From NCBI GenBank assembly GCA_040219255.1, contig JAVJSW010000060.1, forward strand, positions 192,001 through 256,000: a stretch of DNA of 64,000 nt. The letters are read 5' to 3'. Source of the stretch: Sumerlaeia bacterium. GTDB taxonomy: Bacteria > Sumerlaeota > Sumerlaeia > SLMS01 > JAHLLQ01. Below the pieces are notes generated by a model. It was not told the DNA's origin. It saw only the letters and a list, made by a program, of their open reading frames with translations, and made no database searches. The stretch's first letter is position 1. Every line of letters begins with the position of its first letter. A program made the translations under genes and the position numbers. Shown here piece after piece: positions 29,026 to 38,374 of the stretch.

Positions 29026-31827
29026 ATGTTTGAGAGTCTACGTCACCGTACCCTGATGCCTGCCATCTTCTCGGCCGTCTTCGCCGCCCTGCTGGGCGGC
29101 CTGGCCTGGTCCGGGCCCTATGATCCCCCGGCGGGATATTATAACAGCGCCGACGGCCTTACCGGCACCGCGCTCGAATCCGCCCTCAACGACATCGTCG
29201 ATGGCCACACCCGCTACTCCTACAGCCAGGTCTGGACCATCCTCCAGGAACTCGACGAAGACCCCGCCAACACCAGCAACATTCGCTGCATCTATTCCAA
29301 TCGCTCCATGCCCAAAAGCGACCGCGACGGCTCCTCCAGCGCCACCTACGTCTGGAACCGCGAGCACTCCTGGCCCAAGAGCCTCGGCTTCCCCAGCGAA
29401 GGCCAGTACGGCTACACCGACGTCCACCACCTCTTCGCCAGCGAACGCAACATCAACAGCGCCCGCGGCAACAAGCACTTCGATTTCTCCAATCCCGCCA
29501 CCTTGACCTATGATGTCATCGGCTTTACCCAGAACAACACCGCCGACACCGACTCTTTCGAACCCCACGACGATGTGAAGGGCGATGTGGCCCGGGCGAT
29601 GTTCTACATGGCCGTCCGCTACGATGGCACCGACGGCAGCATGCCCGACCTTTACCTCTCCAACCAATACACCGGCACCGACATTCCCCGCATGGGCATG
29701 CTCGACACGCTCATCCAGTGGCACACCCTCGATCCCGTCGATGATCGCGAACGCCGCCGCAACCACCTGATCTACATCAACTGGCAGGGCAACCGGAACC
29801 CCTTCGTGGACCGGCCCGAGCTGGTTTGCGAAATCTGGGGCGGCGATTGCTCCATCTATAACGGCGGCGGCAATCCCGGCGGAGATCTGCTCGCTTCTTC
29901 CGACTTCGAAGGCGGCCTCGGTGACTTCGTGAACGTCTCCGGCGACAGCCACGACTGGACCCGCGACAGCGGCGGCACCCCCAGTTCCGGCACCGGCCCC
30001 AGCTCCGGCGCCAACGGCTCGACTTGGTACGCCTTCGTCGAAACCTCCAGCGGCGGCGCCTACTCCAGCGGCAACACCGCCTTCCTCCAGGCCTCAGGCA
30101 TCGGTGGCAGTAACCGCGTCATCAGCTTCAACTACCACATGCTCGGCAGCAACTCCGGCACGCTCAGCCTCCAGGTCTCCACCGGCGGCAGCTTCAGCAC
30201 CGTCTGGAGCCAGAGTGGCCAGCAGTCCGCCAGCCAGACCGACTGGAAGTCCGCCACCGTGGACCTCGGCGCTTACTCGGGCACCATGAGCCTGCGTTTC
30301 GCCTACACCGCAGCCGGTGGTTGGTCCGCCGACCCGGCGCTCGACGACATCTTCGTCACAGGCACCACGAGCGGCGGCACCCCCACGCCGACCCCGACCC
30401 CGACCCCAACCCCGACACCCACTCCGACGCCCACACCCACCCCGACACCGATTCCCGGCGGCGGCACGCTGACCAGCGGCCAAACGGTGAGTGGCACCGT
30501 CGTCCAGAACGCCTGGACCCACTATACCATCTCCGTCCCCAGCGGCTCCTCCGCCCTCGACATCGTCATGACCGGCGACAATGACGCCGATCTCTACGTC
30601 AAGTTCGGCAGCCAGCCCACCGCTTCCTCCTGGGACTACCGTCCCTACGTCGGCGGCTCGAACGAAACGGTGAACGTCAGCAGCCCCGCCGCTGGCACCT
30701 GGCACATCTCGGTGAACGGCTACGCCGCCAGCAGCAATTACAGCCTGACCGCCACCATCACGGCGGGCGGCACGCCGACACCGACGCCGACCCCCACTCC
30801 GACGCCCACGCCGACTCCTACCCCGACGCCGACGCCGACTCCTGGCGGCACCAACGTCTGGATCAACGAAATTCACTACGACAACGACGGCACCGACACG
30901 AACGAGGGCGTGGAAATCGCCGGCACCGCGGGCACGAGCCTGAGCGGCTGGAAAATCGAAGCCTACAACGGCAACGGCGGCGGCCTCTACATCACCACCA
31001 ATCTGAGCGGCACCATCCCGAATCAGAGCAACGGCTACGGCACCGCCTTCTTCGCCATCTCCGGCCTCCAGAACGGCGCCCCCGATGGTGTCGCAATCAT
31101 CGACGGCACAGGCGCCGTCGTCCAGTTCCTCAGCTATGAAGGCACCATGACGGCCACCTCCGGCAGCGCCAGCGGCCAGACCTCGCAGGCCATCACCACC
31201 AGCGAAACCTCCACCTCGACCGTCGGCCACAGCCTCCAGCTCACCGGCACCGGCACCAGCTACGCCGACTTCACCTGGGCCAATTCGGCCGCCAGCACCT
31301 ACAATGCCCTGAACAATGGCCAGAGCTTCGGCGGATCGACCGGTGGAGGCACCACGACCCTCGCCAGCGCCGATTTCGAGAGCAGCCTTGGCTGGACGAG
31401 CAGCGGCAGCGAAGGCTGGACCCGCGACGCCAGCGGCACCCCCAGCAGCGGCACCGGCCCCAGCGCCGCTTCCCAGGGCAGCTACTACGCCTACATGGAA
31501 ACCTCAAGCGGCGCCGCCTACAGCGCCGGTAACGACGCCATCCTGACCAGCCCGGCCATCGGCGGCACCAACCGTTCCGTCAGCTTCGACTACCACATGT
31601 ATGGCGGCAACACGGGCTCGCTGCATCTGGAAGTCAGCACCGGCGGGTCCTGGAGCACTGTCTGGAGCCGCACCGGCCAGCAGACCAGCAGCCAATCCAC
31701 CTGGAGCAGCGCCACCGTTGACCTCAGCGGCTACTCCGGCACCATCCAGGTCCGCCTCCGCGCCGTCGCCGCCGGAGGCTGGCAGGGCGACACCGCCATC
31801 GACAATGTTGTGGTGACGGGCAGCTAA
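29026..31827 (+). CDS. Secreted endonuclease I-family nuclease with MAM-like, PPC and lamin-tail domains
   Basis: WNREHSWPKS, DVHHL...NSARGN, KGDVARAMFYMAVRY, QGNRNPFVD; two WTRD.GGTPSSGTGP-type MAM-like domains; DADLYVKFG PPC; WINEIHYDN LTD. Confidence 0.92.
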   Translation: MFESLRHRTLMPAIFSAVFAALLGGLAWSGPYDPPAGYYNSADGLTGTALESALNDIVDGHTRYSYSQVWTILQELDEDPANTSNIRCIYSNRSMPKSDRDGSSSATYVWNREHSWPKSLGFPSEGQYGYTDVHHLFASERNINSARGNKHFDFSNPATLTYDVIGFTQNNTADTDSFEPHDDVKGDVARAMFYMAVRYDGTDGSMPDLYLSNQYTGTDIPRMGMLDTLIQWHTLDPVDDRERRRNHLIYINWQGNRNPFVDRPELVCEIWGGDCSIYNGGGNPGGDLLASSDFEGGLGDFVNVSGDSHDWTRDSGGTPSSGTGPSSGANGSTWYAFVETSSGGAYSSGNTAFLQASGIGGSNRVISFNYHMLGSNSGTLSLQVSTGGSFSTVWSQSGQQSASQTDWKSATVDLGAYSGTMSLRFAYTAAGGWSADPALDDIFVTGTTSGGTPTPTPTPTPTPTPTPTPTPTPTPIPGGGTLTSGQTVSGTVVQNAWTHYTISVPSGSSALDIVMTGDNDADLYVKFGSQPTASSWDYRPYVGGSNETVNVSSPAAGTWHISVNGYAASSNYSLTATITAGGTPTPTPTPTPTPTPTPTPTPTPTPGGTNVWINEIHYDNDGTDTNEGVEIAGTAGTSLSGWKIEAYNGNGGGLYITTNLSGTIPNQSNGYGTAFFAISGLQNGAPDGVAIIDGTGAVVQFLSYEGTMTATSGSASGQTSQAITTSETSTSTVGHSLQLTGTGTSYADFTWANSAASTYNALNNGQSFGGSTGGGTTTLASADFESSLGWTSSGSEGWTRDASGTPSSGTGPSAASQGSYYAYMETSSGAAYSAGNDAILTSPAIGGTNRSVSFDYHMYGGNTGSLHLEVSTGGSWSTVWSRTGQQTSSQSTWSSATVDLSGYSGTIQVRLRAVAAGGWQGDTAIDNVVVTGS
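30379..30450 (+). repeat. (Thr-Pro)12 linker repeat
   Basis: 72 nt of ACN-CCN codons. Confidence 0.9.
30772..30843 (+). repeat. (Thr-Pro)12 linker repeat, second copy
   Basis: 72 nt of ACN-CCN codons. Confidence 0.9.
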
Positions 31828-31863
31828 ACCAAACCGAATCAAGGCAGAACCACCGAACTAGAG

Positions 31864-31900
31864 GTCCCGCCTGAGAGCTTCTCAGGGTGGGACTTTTTTT
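31864..31900 (+). terminator. Rho-independent terminator
   Basis: gtcccgcctgaga / tctcagggtgggac hairpin followed by T7, after the nuclease gene. Confidence 0.8.
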
Positions 31901-31996
31901 GAGGTTTCGCTTTGCTTTCCCCTTGCGTTCCCCGGGCTTCTTCGCTAATGTTTCGGGTATTGAGACATTGCTACTCTTTCTTCTGGGGGCCGCGCC

Positions 31997-33082
31997 ATGC
32001 CGCCTGTGACGCTTACCATCGGGACCGTCAAGGGTCTCTTCCTCGCCACCTCCGACGACTCCCGCAGCCGCTGGAGCATCGAAGGCCCGCTCATGAAGGG
32101 CTGGGACATCAAGGACGTCGCGATTGACCGGCGGGGCCCCGAGCCTCGCCTGCTTGCCGCCGTCAACAGCTACGTCTATGGCGCCACGGTGCTGGCGAGT
32201 TCGGACCTCGGCCGGACCTGGGAATCGGCCGGCGAACCGCCCCGCTTCGCCCCCGATGCCCAGCGCAAGGTCAACGCGATCTGGAAAGTCACCCCCGCCC
32301 ACGCCGTCCATCCCGGCGTCCTCTACGCCGGAGTGGACGAAGGCGGCCTCTTTCGTTCCGGCGACAACGGCGCTTCCTGGCAGGAAGTCACCTCCCTCAA
32401 CGACCACCCCACCCGCTCTGGCTGGTGCCCCGGCGCGGGCGGCCTTTGCCTCCACACCATCATCCAGAGCCCCAGCGATCCCGCCCGCCTCTGGATCGGA
32501 ATCTCCGCCGTCGGCGTTTTCCGCACCGACGACGCGGGCGAGACCTGGAAGATCTGCAACGAGGGCATCCGCAAGATGATCGACTCGCAAGACCACGCCG
32601 GCATCGGCTTCTGTCCCCACGGCCTTTGCCTTCATCCGGAAAACTCCGACATCCTCTACCGCCAGGATCACGCGGGGCTTTACCGCAGCCTCGACGCCGC
32701 CGACTCCTGGGAGCACATCGCGGGCGACATTCCCACCGAGTTCGGTTTCCCCATCGTGGCCGACCGAGCCACCGGCGCGGTCTTCATCGTCCCCTTGGAG
32801 AAAGACGAGTACCGCTTCACCCTCGACGGCAAACTGCGCGTCTATCGATCCGCCAAAGGCGACGCCCAATGGGAACCTCTCACCAACGGTCTGCCGCAGG
32901 AGAACGCTTGGGAAACGATCCTGCGCAACGCCATGGACGGCGACGGTCTCGACCGGGGCGGGATTTACTTCGGCACCACATCGGGCCGCGTCTACGCCAG
33001 CGCCGACGCCGGTGAATCCTGGTCCTGCCTGCCCGCCATCTTCCCCCGCGTGCAGAGCGTCACCGCGTTCGCGCACCTCTGA
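31997..33082 (+). CDS. BNR/Asp-box beta-propeller (sialidase-like) protein, no signal peptide
   Basis: IGTVKGLF; Asp boxes SSDLGRTW, SGDNGASW, TDDAGETW, SLDAADSW, SADAGESW; WCPGAGGLCLHTI. Confidence 0.85.
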   Translation: MPPVTLTIGTVKGLFLATSDDSRSRWSIEGPLMKGWDIKDVAIDRRGPEPRLLAAVNSYVYGATVLASSDLGRTWESAGEPPRFAPDAQRKVNAIWKVTPAHAVHPGVLYAGVDEGGLFRSGDNGASWQEVTSLNDHPTRSGWCPGAGGLCLHTIIQSPSDPARLWIGISAVGVFRTDDAGETWKICNEGIRKMIDSQDHAGIGFCPHGLCLHPENSDILYRQDHAGLYRSLDAADSWEHIAGDIPTEFGFPIVADRATGAVFIVPLEKDEYRFTLDGKLRVYRSAKGDAQWEPLTNGLPQENAWETILRNAMDGDGLDRGGIYFGTTSGRVYASADAGESWSCLPAIFPRVQSVTAFAHL

Positions 33083-33088
33083 ACCGCC

Positions 33089-33367
33089 ATGACTTGCGTG
33101 ACCGTTCGTTTGCCCTCGATGCTGGTTCCAATGGCCGCGCCGGTTTCCGAGCTGGAAATCGAGGGCCGCACCCTCCACCAACTCTTCGACGCCCTTTACG
33201 TCCGGTGCCCACGGCTGCGCCATCATCTGATGGACGAATCCGGGGCGCTCCGCCCCCATGTTCTTTGCTTGCTGGACGAGACGAACGTAACCTGGATCGA
33301 AGACTGGGACCGGACTTTGGAGAACCCTCGAGAACTCGTCATCCTCCAGGCCGTCAGCGGCGGTTGA
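33089..33367 (+). CDS. MoaD/ThiS-family ubiquitin-like protein
   Basis: 92 aa; VTVRLPSML, DESGALRPHV; ends ILQAVSGG. Confidence 0.88.
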   Translation: MTCVTVRLPSMLVPMAAPVSELEIEGRTLHQLFDALYVRCPRLRHHLMDESGALRPHVLCLLDETNVTWIEDWDRTLENPRELVILQAVSGG

Positions 33368-33493
33368 TTCCGCCCGCCGGTGCGCTTTTCCCGAGGCTCT
33401 CCGCTTGCGGTTGGAGCGCCCGAAACCTAACCTGCCAGCGTTTGTCGTTTTGAGACGGCAGCCCTCAGAATCCACCGGACTTCCATCGTTTCC

Positions 33494-35659
33494 ATGCGCC
33501 GTCTTGCCCTTCCCCTTTGCTTCACAACGACCCTGGCCGCCACCGCCTTCGGGCAATCCTTCCTCAACGGGATCGAACTCGAGGCCCAGCCCGCCGTCGT
33601 CTGGACCTCCGCGTTGGCCCAGACTCCCCTCGCAGAGGACGTCGTCCTCGCGGTGATTTCCCAGTCCGGCCGCTCCGCCAAAGCCCGCGCCGCCCTCGAA
33701 CGCCAGGGATTCCGGGTGCTGGCGGCTCTGCCCCGCGACGGATATCTGGTGGCGGTCGACCGGCCGGATGCCGCCAGCGCGGCGCTGGTGGCAGCGGCCG
33801 ACCCGGCCTTTCGCGCGATGACAGTCGCGCCGGAATGGAAGATCGCCCCGGACTTCGCCTCCGTCCTCGCTTCGGCGCCCCCCGGCGAGGACATCGGTGT
33901 GGCTGTGTTCACCTCCCGCCCCGGTCTGGAAGCCGAACTCGCGGCCGTGGCCGCGGGGCACGGCGCGTCGCTGACCTCGCGCTCCGAGTCGGGCAAAGGC
34001 CGCGCCGGAATCCGCGTCCCGGCCCAGAACCTGCCCGCGCTCCTCACCGCTCTCGCGGACCTGCCGGCCGTCTATAACATCCAGCCAGCCGGCGGAGCCC
34101 GCCTGCTCAACGACAGCGCTTCGGAAATCCTCCAGAGCGGAAGCCCCACCGGCGGCCGCTCCATCGCCGCCCAGGGTCTTCAAGGCACGGATCAAGTCAT
34201 CGCGATCCTCGATTCCGGACTCGACTGGGATAGCTGCTTCTTCCGCGAGAGCGACGACTCCGCCCCGCCCACCGTCTCCGGCACCGGCATCGGTTCGCCC
34301 GATTCATCGCGCCGCAAAGTCATCGTCTACGATTTCCTCTTCAGCGGCGATTTCGCCGGCGGCAACGGCGACTTCGACAACAACGGCCATGGCACCTACG
34401 TCGCCGGCAACGCCGCCGGGTCCCAGATCACCAGCCCCACCGGCGACGCCTCCCTCAATGGCATCGCGCCCCTCGCCCAACTCGTCATCCAGGATGGCGG
34501 CTATACCACGGATAACAACTGCTCGGACATGGCGGGGCTCGGCTGTCCCCTGATCGACATCACGCCCATCCTGGATCAGGCCGTGGCCCAGGGCGCCCAC
34601 CTGCACAACGACTCCTGGGGCGATCGGGAAAACTTCCTGCCCAACAACACCTACACCGCCACCTGCGTCGATATGGACGATGCCACATGGCGCAATCCGG
34701 GGTTTCTGATTTTCTGCGCGGCGGGCAACAGCGGCCCCGCCGACAACACCGTCGGCAGCCCCAGCACCGCCAAGAACGTCCTCTCCATCGCCGCCGGCCA
34801 GAACCAAAACTCTGTCTTCAATAACGACCCGGAAAGCATCACCAGTTTCTCCAGCCGGGGATACGCCGCCGACGGGCGCTTCAAACCCGACCTGGTAGCG
34901 CCGGGCCAGACCGTGTCCGCCTTCAGCGATGGCAATGTCACGTCGAATAACTGCAATATCCTCAACCCGCAAGGCACCAGCATGGCCAGCCCGCTGGCCG
35001 CGGGGGCGGGGGCTCTCGTCCGCGAGTACTTCACCGATGGTTTCTATCCCACCGGGGCCGCCCTCCCCGGCGATGCCTTCGTGCCATCGGCGGCGCTGAT
35101 GAAGGCCGTTCTGATCAATGGCGCCGTGGATATGACCGGCGTCACCGGCCCCGTGCCCAACCGGGCCGAAGGCTGGGGCCGCATTCATCTGGACAACAGC
35201 CTCCACTTCACCGGAGACGACCGCACCATGCTCGTGGTGGATGAGGCGGACATCTTCGATTCGTCCTCCAACGCGCCGCGCCAATACACCTTCTCCGCGG
35301 GCGGCAACGCCGCCGCCGGGCAACTCAAGGTGACGCTGGTCTATACCGACGCGCCCGCCGATCCGCTGGCGTCCGTGTCGCTCGTCAACGATTTGAACCT
35401 CACCGTTACCGATGGCACCGACACCTGGCTCGGCAACAACTTCGATTCGGTGTCCGGCGAGAGCGTCACCGGAGGCGCCGCCGACGCCCTCAACAACGTC
35501 GAGCAGGTCACCCTGCCCGCCAGCACCACCGGCACCTTCACCGTCAGCGTCACCCCCGCCGTCATCGATGTCGTCGATCAGGGCTTCGCCCTGGTCATTG
35601 CCGGCGACGTGTCGAACTTGCAGGTGACCTCTGTGGGGGATTGGCGCCGGGCGGAGTAA
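33494..35659 (+). CDS. Secreted S8 subtilase (KP-43-like)
   Basis: Catalytic ILDSG, HGTYVAG, AAGN, GTSMASP; PSAALMKAVLINGA, LVNDLNL, LNNVEQV; ends TSVGDWRRAE. Confidence 0.93.
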   Translation: MRRLALPLCFTTTLAATAFGQSFLNGIELEAQPAVVWTSALAQTPLAEDVVLAVISQSGRSAKARAALERQGFRVLAALPRDGYLVAVDRPDAASAALVAAADPAFRAMTVAPEWKIAPDFASVLASAPPGEDIGVAVFTSRPGLEAELAAVAAGHGASLTSRSESGKGRAGIRVPAQNLPALLTALADLPAVYNIQPAGGARLLNDSASEILQSGSPTGGRSIAAQGLQGTDQVIAILDSGLDWDSCFFRESDDSAPPTVSGTGIGSPDSSRRKVIVYDFLFSGDFAGGNGDFDNNGHGTYVAGNAAGSQITSPTGDASLNGIAPLAQLVIQDGGYTTDNNCSDMAGLGCPLIDITPILDQAVAQGAHLHNDSWGDRENFLPNNTYTATCVDMDDATWRNPGFLIFCAAGNSGPADNTVGSPSTAKNVLSIAAGQNQNSVFNNDPESITSFSSRGYAADGRFKPDLVAPGQTVSAFSDGNVTSNNCNILNPQGTSMASPLAAGAGALVREYFTDGFYPTGAALPGDAFVPSAALMKAVLINGAVDMTGVTGPVPNRAEGWGRIHLDNSLHFTGDDRTMLVVDEADIFDSSSNAPRQYTFSAGGNAAAGQLKVTLVYTDAPADPLASVSLVNDLNLTVTDGTDTWLGNNFDSVSGESVTGGAADALNNVEQVTLPASTTGTFTVSVTPAVIDVVDQGFALVIAGDVSNLQVTSVGDWRRAE

Positions 35660-35674
35660 GCTCGCCGGAACTTC

Positions 35675-37903
35675 TTACGGCTCAGTCATCCACGCGTCGC
35701 GCATGTCGGCCACGGTGGTCTTGAGACAGCCCTGGATTTCGAAGGTCTCTTTCGCCGTCACGCCGATCTGAAGCGCCCGTACGCCCTTCTGCTCGCAAGC
35801 CGCGAGGAGTGACGGAACGCTCTGTTCGCTGCACGTGATCACAACGCGGCTCGGCTCTTCGCTGAGCAGCGACACATGGGCGCTGGGTTCGTCGAAGGGC
35901 AATTGCACCCGGCAACCTATTTCGTGCCCGCGCCCGCGCAGGGCGGCGTCCTTGGTGCAGAGCGCCATTTCCGCCAGCGCCATCAGGAGTCCGCCTTCGC
36001 TGATGTCGAGCGCCGCGTCGGCGAGGCCTTCGCCGATCAGATCGAGCAGCAAGGCCTGCAATTTCAGTTCGAAATCCATGTCGATTTTCAGTCCCGGACC
36101 GGGCAGTTCACCGGTGCGATCCCGCAGAATGCGGCTACCCCCACAATGCGTCGCCGCCGGGCCGAGCAGCAGGATCACATCGCCGGGGCGCGTGAAATGG
36201 CTGAATTTGAGGTGCTTGCCGCCACCCTCCACCACGCCCACCATACCGATCACCGGGGTGGGGAAGACGGCGGTGCGGGGCGATTCGTTGTAGAGCGACA
36301 CGTTGCCGCCGGTCACTGGAGTCCCAAAGGCCCGGCAGGCTTCGCCGAGACCCTTCACCGACTCGGCCAGCTGCCACGCGCCGGCGCCCTTGCGGGGGCT
36401 GCCGAAGTTCAAGTTGTTCGTCACCGCCAGGGGCCGCGCGCCGCAGCACACCAGGTTCCGCGCCGCCTCGGCCACCACGCACTTGGTGCCTTCGTAGGGA
36501 TCGAGGTGGCACCACAGGCCATTGCCATCCACCGTCGCCGCCAGGAGGCCTTCGTCCCAGCCCCGCACCCGCATCACCGCCGCCGTCAGGCCCGGGCCCA
36601 CGATGGTGCTGGTGCCGACGTGGTGGTCGTACTGCTCCCAGATCCAGGACTTGCGCGCGAAGTTCGGGTGGGCCAGGGTGGTCTTCAAAACCTCGTTGTA
36701 GTCGCCGCAGGAGGCCTCCGCCAGCGCCACGCCGTCCTTCGTGGCGGGATAGGCGGGCCTTGGCTCGACCGGTTCTGGCGGCGGAACGTCGGAGCAAATC
36801 GACGCCAGCGGCACATCGCAAACCACGTTGGTTTCGCGCTCCACGACAAAGCGCCCGGTGTCGGTCGTCTGGCCACAGACGATGGCTTCCAGGTCCCACT
36901 TCTTAAGGATGTCCGTGACCTGGGGCAGGTCCTCTTCCTTCACCACCGCCAGCATGCGCTCCTGGCTTTCGGAGAGCAGCATCTCGTAGGCGCTCAGGTT
37001 GGCGGCGCGCTGGGGGATGAAATCCAGGTCCATGCGCAGGCCAAGGCCCGCCTTGTCGGCCATTTCCGTGCTGCTGCACGTCAGCCCCGCGGCGCCCATA
37101 TCCTGCAGCGCCACGATGGCTCCTGAGGCGATCAGTTCGAGAGTCGCCTCCAGAATTTTTTTCTCCATGTAGGGGTCGCCGACCTGCACGCTGCTGCGCT
37201 GCTCGGCGGTTTCCTCGGTCAGTTCCGTGCTGGCGAAGGTGGCGCCGTGGACGCCGTCGCGGCCGGTGGCGTTGCCGTAATAGACCAGCATGTCGCCCGC
37301 GCCCTTGGCTTTGGCGGTCATGATTTCTTCATGCCGCGCCACGCCCACGCACATCACGTTCACCAGGCAATTGTCCGTGTAAGCGGGATCGACGCTGAAT
37401 TCGCCGCCAACGGTCGGCACGCCGACGCAGTTGCCGTAATCGGCGATGCCGTTGACGACGCCTTTGGCCAGGTGCCGGTTGCGGCCTTCGGTCATGGGGC
37501 CGAAGCGCAATGCGTCAAACAGCGCGATGGGACGGGCGCCCATGGCGAAGATGTCGCGCAGGATGCCGCCCACGCCGGTCGCGGCGCCCTGATAGGGTTC
37601 CACGGCGCTCGGGTGGTTGTGGCTTTCGATCTTGAAGATACAGGCCCATCCGCCGCCAATGTCGATGGCACCCGCGTTCTCGCCGGGCCCGTGGAGCACC
37701 CGTTCGCCCCTCGTCGGCAGCGTCATCAGCAGCGGCCGCGAATGCTTGTAGGAGCAGTGCTCGCTCCACATCACGCTGAAGACGCCCAATTCCGTCAGGT
37801 TCGGTTCGCGGCCGAGACGCTGTTTGAGCGTCTCGTACTCGGACGGGGTGAAACCGTGCTGGGCGATCAGCTCGGGAGTCATGGGGGGAGACGGCTCGGA
37901 CAT
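35675..37903 (-). CDS. purL: Phosphoribosylformylglycinamidine synthase subunit PurL
   Basis: [51 protein letters not shown]. Confidence 0.97.
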   Translation of the reverse strand: MSEPSPPMTPELIAQHGFTPSEYETLKQRLGREPNLTELGVFSVMWSEHCSYKHSRPLLMTLPTRGERVLHGPGENAGAIDIGGGWACIFKIESHNHPSAVEPYQGAATGVGGILRDIFAMGARPIALFDALRFGPMTEGRNRHLAKGVVNGIADYGNCVGVPTVGGEFSVDPAYTDNCLVNVMCVGVARHEEIMTAKAKGAGDMLVYYGNATGRDGVHGATFASTELTEETAEQRSSVQVGDPYMEKKILEATLELIASGAIVALQDMGAAGLTCSSTEMADKAGLGLRMDLDFIPQRAANLSAYEMLLSESQERMLAVVKEEDLPQVTDILKKWDLEAIVCGQTTDTGRFVVERETNVVCDVPLASICSDVPPPEPVEPRPAYPATKDGVALAEASCGDYNEVLKTTLAHPNFARKSWIWEQYDHHVGTSTIVGPGLTAAVMRVRGWDEGLLAATVDGNGLWCHLDPYEGTKCVVAEAARNLVCCGARPLAVTNNLNFGSPRKGAGAWQLAESVKGLGEACRAFGTPVTGGNVSLYNESPRTAVFPTPVIGMVGVVEGGGKHLKFSHFTRPGDVILLLGPAATHCGGSRILRDRTGELPGPGLKIDMDFELKLQALLLDLIGEGLADAALDISEGGLLMALAEMALCTKDAALRGRGHEIGCRVQLPFDEPSAHVSLLSEEPSRVVITCSEQSVPSLLAACEQKGVRALQIGVTAKETFEIQGCLKTTVADMRDAWMTEP

Positions 37904-38054
37904 GCGAGGAGGCCTTTCCGGGGGCAAACTTTCGCGCGCACCTCAGCATGGACGATGCGGCGGGACAAGCGCGGAAGGCAGGGGCGCCGGAGGGACTTTT
38001 CGTTCACCACGGAGAGGGGGGCGCCGGGAAGGGTGGCTGGCGGATCTCGCCGGG

Positions 38055-38234
38055 TCAGACCCAGTCTTTGCGCCGCTCCGGCTTCTTCTTTAGAAGTGCC
38101 GTCGCCGCGCAATCGCCACAGCCACAGTTGCTCTTGCCCGTGGCCTTGAGCGTCTTCCATGCGCGCCACACCAGGAAGGCGGCGGCGGCGGAAACGATCA
38201 GGATGACGAGAATCGTTTGGATCATGGTGGCCAT
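38055..38234 (-). CDS. FeoB-associated Cys-rich small membrane protein
   Basis: 59 aa; TM followed by CGCGDC; downstream of feoB. Confidence 0.8.
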   Translation of the reverse strand: MATMIQTILVILIVSAAAAFLVWRAWKTLKATGKSNCGCGDCAATALLKKKPERRKDWV

Positions 38235-38240
38235 TTCTGT

Positions 38241-38374
38241 GTAGCAGGGGCGTCCCGCTCGTGTCCGGCGGCGATTCTGGAGGAGAAGCAACTCTTGTAC
38301 TCGGCCGCCCAGGGCCGCCCGATTTCCTCGAGTGTCAGGCGAAGGCGAGGGCTGGCCGGGACGGCCGCGTTACC
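38241..38374. repeat. Inverted REP doublet (REPIN-like)
   Basis: gtagcaggggcgtcccgctcgtg (38241-38263, +) and ggtaacgcggccgtcccggcc (38354-38374, -); both resemble 10263-10286. Confidence 0.55.

Noticed and set aside
30379-30843. Short tandem repeats as a possible CRISPR or contingency locus
   Set aside because: In-frame Thr-Pro linkers with degenerate codons; no spacers and no cas genes.
31724-34195. Very long antisense or alternate-frame ORFs (e.g. 31724..34195, 39035..41206, 26704..28770, 17970..19961, 50661..52664)
   Set aside because: They shadow well-supported genes, lack recognisable motifs and are expected from high GC3 codon bias.
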